Shown here: piece by piece, positions 56,806-64,000 of the stretch
Position numbering within the stretch: the stretch's first letter is position 1
Layout: each line of letters opens with the position of its first letter
Origin: Octopus sinensis
Lineage: Eukaryota
DNA length: 64,000 nt
Assembly (NCBI RefSeq): GCF_006345805.1
Contig: NC_042998.1
Location: 16,554,001-16,618,000, forward strand
Direction: 5' to 3'
Made by a program: the position numbers and the translations under genes
Notes under the pieces: generated by a model
The model's database searches: none
What the model was told of the DNA's origin: nothing
Seen by the model: only the letters and a program-made list of their open reading frames with translations

Positions 56806-57097
56806 TTATTCATATACGTATATATACAGATGAATGCGTACAATTGTGTGTCTATGTCTTTATAAACATTTGGGATATTTTTAAGTACAAATATGAATAG
56901 TCTCTAAAATACGTGTTTACACGTAGGAGTCCACTTGTAAAGTGCAGGTTATAAGAGATATAGCTTTAAACAAAACGCTGGTGGGTAGCTAGAACCAGGT
57001 ATTGTGACCTCCTTCGTTCTACTGTTCAGAAACAGAATAGTACTGCTCGTGTTTCCCTTTTATATATACATTATAGAATAAATACCTGTATTATATA

Positions 57098-57310
57098 TAT
57101 ATTATATAGAGGGCATTATTATACATAAATGCCACACGCTAGGAGGGACTTTCAATGTCATTACTACCAAAAATAAACGAATCGTACCGAATGCAGATCT
57201 CGAAGCAAGGCATTTAAAAACAGAATTCAGTTCTAGATCACGTTTGATTTCTTTGAAAGTCCTTCCTAGCGTGTGGCATTTATGTGTAATAATGCCCTCT
57301 ATATAATATA
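57098..57310. mobile_element. MITE-like element with ~55-bp terminal inverted repeats
   Basis: 57101-57155 is the reverse complement of 57253-57307 (2 mismatches); AT/TA-rich flanks. Confidence 0.75.
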
Positions 57311-57426
57311 AATAAATATTTTCAAGTGAAAAAAATTTTCGGATTTTTCTATTATGAGGTTTTTCACGCTAACTACCTGATAATTTCTTGTTAAGATTTC
57401 TTATTCAGATTTTATCCTTAATTGTT

Positions 57427-57520
<94 letters not shown>

Positions 57521-58143
57521 ATATATATATATTGTGTGTGTGTGTGTGAATGTGTTTGCGCGTGCACGTCCGTGTGACAGTATCCATGTACATTTATGCT
57601 TTAAATTTTATGATTATTTATTTGTAGCATCTTTAGAAAGCACATGAATTGGGCGATAAGTAAATTATTAAATGTATGCAATACAATATTTTAGCAGATA
57701 TTTTATTTCTATCACTTCCCATCCGAAAATTACGGTACGTAATATGAAAATAGAAATGTACATAGTCAGTTCCTACGTTACAATTGAGAGAATAGCGAAA
57801 AATAATATAAATTTAACATAACGTGGTGCTCCAGAATGACCGAAGTCAAGTCATTGAAACAAGTAAAATGATAATAATATTCTTGTTATTGCACTTGTGC
57901 ATCTATAGGAACGAAACACAAACTGACAAGTTCCTTACCAGTGAAGCTATTTCAATATGACGCCAAGAATAATTACGTTGCGAAGAACCATGACGCGGTA
58001 TGGTTATCTTGATAAACTGTTCCCCCGACCAAGGGAAACAAAAATCCTAATCAAAATAACAGTAATTGCCGAAAATAAAATGAAAGTGTAATATTACATT
58101 TCTTCCCCTACACATTCCTGACAACTTCACTATTTTGTACATA

Positions 58144-58560
58144 AGTGCAGGAGTGGCTGTGTGATAAGTAGCTTGTTTACCAACCACGTGGTTCCGGGTT
58201 CAGTCCCACTGCGTGGCAACTTGGACAAGTGTCTTCTACTATGGCCTCGGGCCGACCAAAGCCTTGTGAGTGGATTTGGTAGACGGAAACTGAAAGAAGC
58301 CCGTCGTATATATGTATATATATATGTATGTGTTTGTATTTTTGTGTGTCTGTGTTTGTCCCCCTAGCATTGCTTGACAACCGATGCTGGTGTGTTTATG
58401 TCCCCGTTACTTAGCGGTTCGGCAAAAGAGACCGATAGAATTAATACTGGGCTTACAAAGAATAAGTCCCGGGGTCGACTTGCTCGATTAAAGGCGGTGC
58501 TCCGGCATGGCCGCAGTCAAAATTACTGAAACAAGTAAAAAGAGAAAAAAGAGAGAAAGA
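58144..58560 (+). mobile_element. tRNA-derived SINE, family A (full length)
   Basis: Homologous to 31797-32209. Confidence 0.92.
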
Positions 58561-59000
58561 TAATGTAATTCACGAAGATCCTGCAACCCATGGGTTTAGA
58601 TCAAATAGTCATGTATTGCATTACGAATACAACATTTTACATAGAAGAAGAATAGGCATGCTTGTTTCTATATTTCTCTATACTGACATGTGTGAATGTA
58701 TATGTGTCAATCGTGAATTTTTAAAGAAATTTACGGAATGATTCTTCATTTTGCTGTATCGATTTGAATTGTGAAATCGTTATGATAATGGAAACCAGTT
58801 AAAGGGAAATTCAACTAAAATGCACAAGTACCATTCACATTTCTCTTTCGATGTGGAATGATGCTCATAGAGCCCTAAGTGCTGGTTATATATCATGCAA
58901 TTTACATCGCTCTATTCAATGTTATACATGTGTGCATGTGTGTGTATAGCTGTATATATGTTTGTGTGTACGCGCGTCAGGGTGAGTATATGTTTGTTTG

Positions 59001-59035
<35 letters not shown>

Positions 59036-59410
59036 CGTGTATGTGTGTGTTTGCGTCTGTCTGTGTGTGTGTATGTAAAGCAAGAAAAAAGGAGACTTGA
59101 ATACATTGGATATATTACAGAGAACCGTTCGTTGTGTGGCAATATCACGTTGTATAAAACTGTACAAGCGTTTGCATAATTTGTAAGTAAAATGAAATAA
59201 TGATTTTTTTTTTCATAATTGCAAGAAGCAAACAATGAACTCAATTACAAAATTTGTACACTGCAATCAATATTATTCATTAAAATCAAAGCAAATTTTC
59301 TCGCATAAATTTACAAAGTAAATTGAATTACATATGTATATTAAATACATCTATATCTCAAAGCATATGTATATATATATATATATATTAAATGCATCTA
59401 TATCTCAAAG

Positions 59411-59472
<62 letters not shown>

Positions 59473-59473
59473 G

Positions 59474-59511
<38 letters not shown>

Positions 59512-60262
59512 AGTATATGTATACTTGTATACATACACGCATATACACACACATATTCACATACACGCATATACACACACATATTCACACACATACACAC
59601 ACATCTATATGGTTGTATGGACATACATACACACAAAGACTCACACACATATCTATGTATGTATATATCTAGCTATATATACATATTTACAAATATACAA
59701 ATGGATATATTTATGTGAGTCCATGTGTATTTGTTAGGGTGTATGCAGAAAAGTGAGATAACTACAATGAGGGAGAGAGAAGAGAGAGAGATAAAGAGGG
59801 AGAGGCAGAGAAAGATGGAGAGGTAGAAAAAGAGGGGGGCGACAGAGAATAAAACAAAGATTATGCAAGCGACCTTCCATATGTCGTTATGGGTGAATCA
59901 TTAAAATGTGTTTCATTGATTTGGAAAGAAAAAAATCATCTGAACTTTAAAATTTCATTAATATATCATTTAGATAGCGTACATATTGTTCATTATATAA
60001 GGAATCAAAGAAAGCATAAAAAAGTAAATCAAAATTGTAAGCCCAAACATAAAACGTTGTTGCTGGCAGTATTATCTAATGTTCAAGTCGATCTTTTGTA
60101 TGTTTTATATATTACTCCGTTATCCAGATATCAATTTCAATTTATTATGAAACAAATTAAAATGTTATTTTACTAGCTTCATATATTTTAATAGTTTCAA
60201 ACCAAATATGCAGCATGATTGCAGAAACAAGAAACATAATTTTATGTATGAGAAGGTAGAAT

Positions 60263-60385
<123 letters not shown>

Positions 60386-60800
60386 GCGAATAGGCGGTCG
60401 CTTCTAGAAAGACTACGAGAATACGGAATATACGAATAAATATTAGGGTAAATAATAAAAACAGTTATATGAGCATAGATATAATTATACCTATTTTTAT
60501 ATCCTATATCATATATATACATGTATGTATATGTAAATACGTGTATATATATATATATTATATATATATAATATATATATATATATTATATATATATATA
60601 TATACATATATATATACATTTACACACAAGGATTTCATACAGACATGCATATATTTTTTATCTATATCACTCTCTTTCTATTTATACTTTCCTCTCACTC
60701 TCTCTGCATGCACTATACACATGTTGTATGTATATATGCATGTATGCATACATGCATGTATGCCTGTGTATATATACATATATGTATGAGTGTATGTGAA

Positions 60801-60845
<45 letters not shown>

Positions 60846-61064
60846 TCAATATAGGGTGGCAAAAACATTTTGTAGAATTTTTTGCCACCAGCGGCCTAGT
60901 GGGAAAAAATTAAATAGTCATAGACCATTTATAAGTTCAATATCACAATCAAGGAACGGCCATAATAGGCTATTCACCCACTAGAAATAACAGCCAAAGC
61001 TTCAACCGCAAAATAACATTAATTCCGCAAACCAGGAGAAAATTAAAAAAACATTTACCCTGTA

Positions 61065-61171
61065 ATTTCTTATACGATGCACCGTTTCATCTATTGTTTA
61101 ATGGTAAACTAACCTGATTAAATTAAATCAAGCCAATCTTCCATAGGCCCTTAGATTCGTCAGTAAGAAAT
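61065..61171 (-). ncRNA. Type I hammerhead ribozyme with extended stem II
   Basis: Reverse-complement copy of 61571-61677. Confidence 0.85.
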
Positions 61172-61570
61172 AGCCAGATCGGAACAGATATTTTCACGAA
61201 GCACTTCTGTCCCTGCCTCGGCAATATCTGACCTAAAATTTTCAAATCATCGCACTCGCGCCAAATTTATCGGCAGCAAATAAATATAAGCCGCCGATTC
61301 CATTACGGAATCAACCAGAAAATTCATAATTAATCAATATAGGGTGGCAAAAAAATTTTATAGAATTTTTTTCCCACCAGCGGCCTAGTGGGAAAAAATT
61401 AAATAGTCATAGACCATTTATAAGTTCAACATCACAATCAAGGAACGGCGGCTTATATTTATTTGCTGCCGATAAATTTGGCGCGAGTGCGATGATTTGA
61501 AAATTTTAGGTCAGATATTGCCGAGGCAGGGACAGAAGTGCTTCGTGAAAATATCTGTTCCTATCTGGCT

Positions 61571-61677
61571 ATTTCTTACTGACGAATCTAAGGGCCTATG
61601 GAAGATTGGCTTGATTTAATTTAATCAGGTTAGTTTACCATTAAACAATAGATGAAACGGTGCATCGTATAAGAAAT
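61571..61677 (+). ncRNA. Type I hammerhead ribozyme with extended stem II
   Basis: ATTTCTTA|CTGACGA|ATCTA..TAGAT|GAA|ACGGTGCATCGT|A|TAAGAAAT; 8-bp stem I, predicted GUA cleavage after 61669. Confidence 0.85.
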
Positions 61678-61810
61678 TACAGGGTAAATGTTTTTTTTTT
61701 AATTTTCTCCTGGTTTGCGGAATTAATGTTATTTTGCGGTTGAAGCTTTGGCTGTTATTTCTAGTGGGTGAATGGCCTATTATGGCCGTTCCTTGATTGT
61801 GATATATATA

Positions 61811-61869
<59 letters not shown>

Positions 61870-62208
61870 TATTATATATATATATATATACATATATGTG
61901 TGTGTGTGTGTGCGTGTGTCTATTCGTAATTAATGAATGCATAAGAATAGTGATTTTATAATTCGAGCAGATACGAAAAAAAAATCCAGACTTGGCTAAC
62001 CATTTGGATTGATAGAAGGATTTAAAATAGTTATGAATAAGCAATTACGCTATAAAGCTTTTGATTCGTCAAAAGGGATTTCACTTTAATCGATAATAAA
62101 AACGAAAATTTGTCAGTTATACTACTTTCAACTTTATTTAATAAGAAAAAAATATTTTCCTCATTTGACATTCCTACACGTATCTCAGTTCCACAGTTGT
62201 CTTAGGTC

Positions 62209-62311
62209 CCTTTAATACAATTGTTTCGTGCATTTAATCCATTTATATTGAATTAGTTCCTCTCGACCTTCTAACGCAAACGTTGCCAATCATGTACACT
62301 CATATTTAAGG
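62209..62311 (-). ncRNA. Decayed extended-stem-II HHR (core mutated)
   Basis: CCTTAA|ATATGA|GTGTA..62 nt..TGCAC|GAA|ACAATTGT|A|TTAAAGG. Confidence 0.45.
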
Positions 62312-62511
62312 TGATTTCCATGCGGGTGGGATGAAACGAATCGAAAATTACATTAGTTAATATAAGTATGTTTGGTGCTGGAATATGAAAAACTAAGACA
62401 AAAGACAGAAGAGGGGGTAGTCAGGTATTACATGTTCTAGTTTCATATCGATTTAGAATAAGCTGTTTAGATATTGAAAATGCAGAGTTTTACCTTCCCT
62501 TAAAAACTCCT

Positions 62512-62705
62512 TCAATTAAAGGCACAATGACTGATATGTTGGAGAGGGGGCCAGTTGATTAGATCGACTACAGTACACAACTGGTACTTAATTGCTACCG
62601 AAAGGATGAAAGGCAAAATCACCCGCCAGAATTTGAACTGAGAACGTACAGACGAACTAAATGCCACTAAGCATTTTCCCCGCCATGCTAACAATTCTGA
62701 CAGTT
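62512..62705 (-). mobile_element. SINE family B-related
   Basis: CCGAAAGGATGAAAGGCAAAATC..GAATTTGAACT on the + strand. Confidence 0.75.
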
Positions 62706-62707
62706 CT

Positions 62708-62938
62708 GTTTTCTTATTACCCACAAGGGGTAATAGAGGGGACAAACAAACAAAGACAGACAAACGAATTAAGTCGATTACAACGACCCCATTGTGTAAC
62801 TGGTACTTAATTTATCGACCCCGAAAGGATGAAAGGCAAAGTCGACCTCGGCGGAATTTGAACTCAGAACGCAGCGGCGGACGAAATACCGCAAAGCATT
62901 TCGCCCGGCGTGTTAACGATTCTGCCAGCTCGCCGCCT
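62708..62938 (-). mobile_element. SINE family B (near full length)
   Basis: Head GGCGGCGAGCTGGCAGAATCGTTAAC; B-box-like GAGTTCAAATTCC; Meta-like core. Confidence 0.9.
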
Positions 62939-63343
62939 TACTTTTTCGTTAATATTAATGTTTCTTAAGTAGGTCTGGTTTTATTAACATCACGAGCTCC
63001 TTATATTGAAGATAATTTAAATGGGCAGGTTTAAAAAAAAAAGATGGAAGATGAAGCCATAATTTTTTGTTACTGGATTTCTTGACTTAAACGTAACAAG
63101 AGATTATTATAATAGTAAAATATGAATTGAACTGAATAAAATAAATTTCTAGTAGAATTATGTTTCTTGATCGATAAAGCAATAAATGTAGAAAAGATAT
63201 CATAGTTAAACAATTCTGTTGAATAGTCTCTCTATCTATGTATTTAAACATATATTTAGACAAACCTAGGTATATGAATATGTTCTTTATCATTTTCTTT
63301 CTTTTCACAATTATTTCATGAAATAACGCAGAGGTTCAGTACT

Positions 63344-64000
63344 ATGGCGTCATTACGAAGGATATATTTGAATTCCCCAGCCACCTTTTGTTATATATGT
63401 GGGTGTTTTACAGCTCCAAGTCAAAGAATGAACATTAGTGGCTTGGTGAAAAGGTCCTACTTTGCTTATATTAAGATTAAAGCTGGTGATCAGGACAAAT
63501 TGTGGGCCCTGCACAATGTATGTAAACTCTGTATCGAAAATCTACACTAATGGACAATGGGTCAAGGAAACAACTAATATTTGGCATTCCTATGGTATAC
63601 CCAGATAACGATGTAAACGATTGCTAATTTTTGTCTCACAGAGACGTCTTGTTATAGCAAGCGACTGCGACAGAAATTAAGTTACCCAAGCCTGGATTCA
63701 TCAATTCGGTCAGTGCTTCATTCAAATGAAATACCAGTACACGTTTTCAAGGATCTACCCTCACTGCAAGATTAAAGTGGTATATGCGAAGCAGATGTAA
63801 ATCATGAACATGACAGTGATAGATACTTTGTAGAAACTTTGACCAAAGAACGCGATAACTTGAACCGGGCAAAAATGAATGATTTAGTTTACAGACCCAG
63901 GACTATCAAAAGCGTTACCAGAACTGTTAACGAGAAGAATTTGTAGAAAAAAAAAACAAATGTTATATTTTGGGGAAACATAGAAAAAGATTTCTTGGCA
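63344..64000 (+). pseudogene. Chapaev3-like (CMC) DNA transposase, N-terminal part, decayed, runs off the window
   Basis: LNSPATFCYICG..YFAYIKIKAGDQDKLWALHNVCKLC..FGIPMV..YPSLDSSIRSVLHS; superfamily name is from recall. Confidence 0.6.

Larger units (their letters stand above)
60841..61805. mobile_element. Fold-back PLE-like/retrozyme-like element with two HHR copies
   Basis: Direct repeat 60841-60960 = 61329-61449 (488-bp offset); ~357-bp inverted arms 60940-61296 and 61446-61805; (TA)n on both sides. Confidence 0.8.

Overview
AT-rich, microsatellite-saturated animal genomic DNA. The SINE and LINE families I recognise are most consistent with an Octopus (coleoid cephalopod) genome. I found no convincing host-gene exon, and almost all ORFs in the supplied track are microsatellite artefacts. 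Recognisable content is decayed transposons: an RTE LINE, several R4/Dong-like RLE LINE pieces in (AAT)n, Tx1/L1-like pieces, two mariner remnants, a Chapaev3-like transposase, two Penelope-like (PLE) GIY-YIG fragments, a MITE and many tRNA-derived SINEs. The main hidden signal is about 11 type-I hammerhead ribozyme (HHR) motifs, from well-formed to decayed, in about 9 mutually unrelated sequence contexts. Most sit in short elements embedded in (TA)n. They share palindromic stem III, and some carry compensatory 3-8 core pairs (G3-C8, U3-A8) or a 54-72 nt extended stem II. Three host elements fold back as long inverted repeats; in two of them the inversion breakpoint lies at or within a few nt of the predicted cleavage site. 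All folds were done by eye and no activity is demonstrated.
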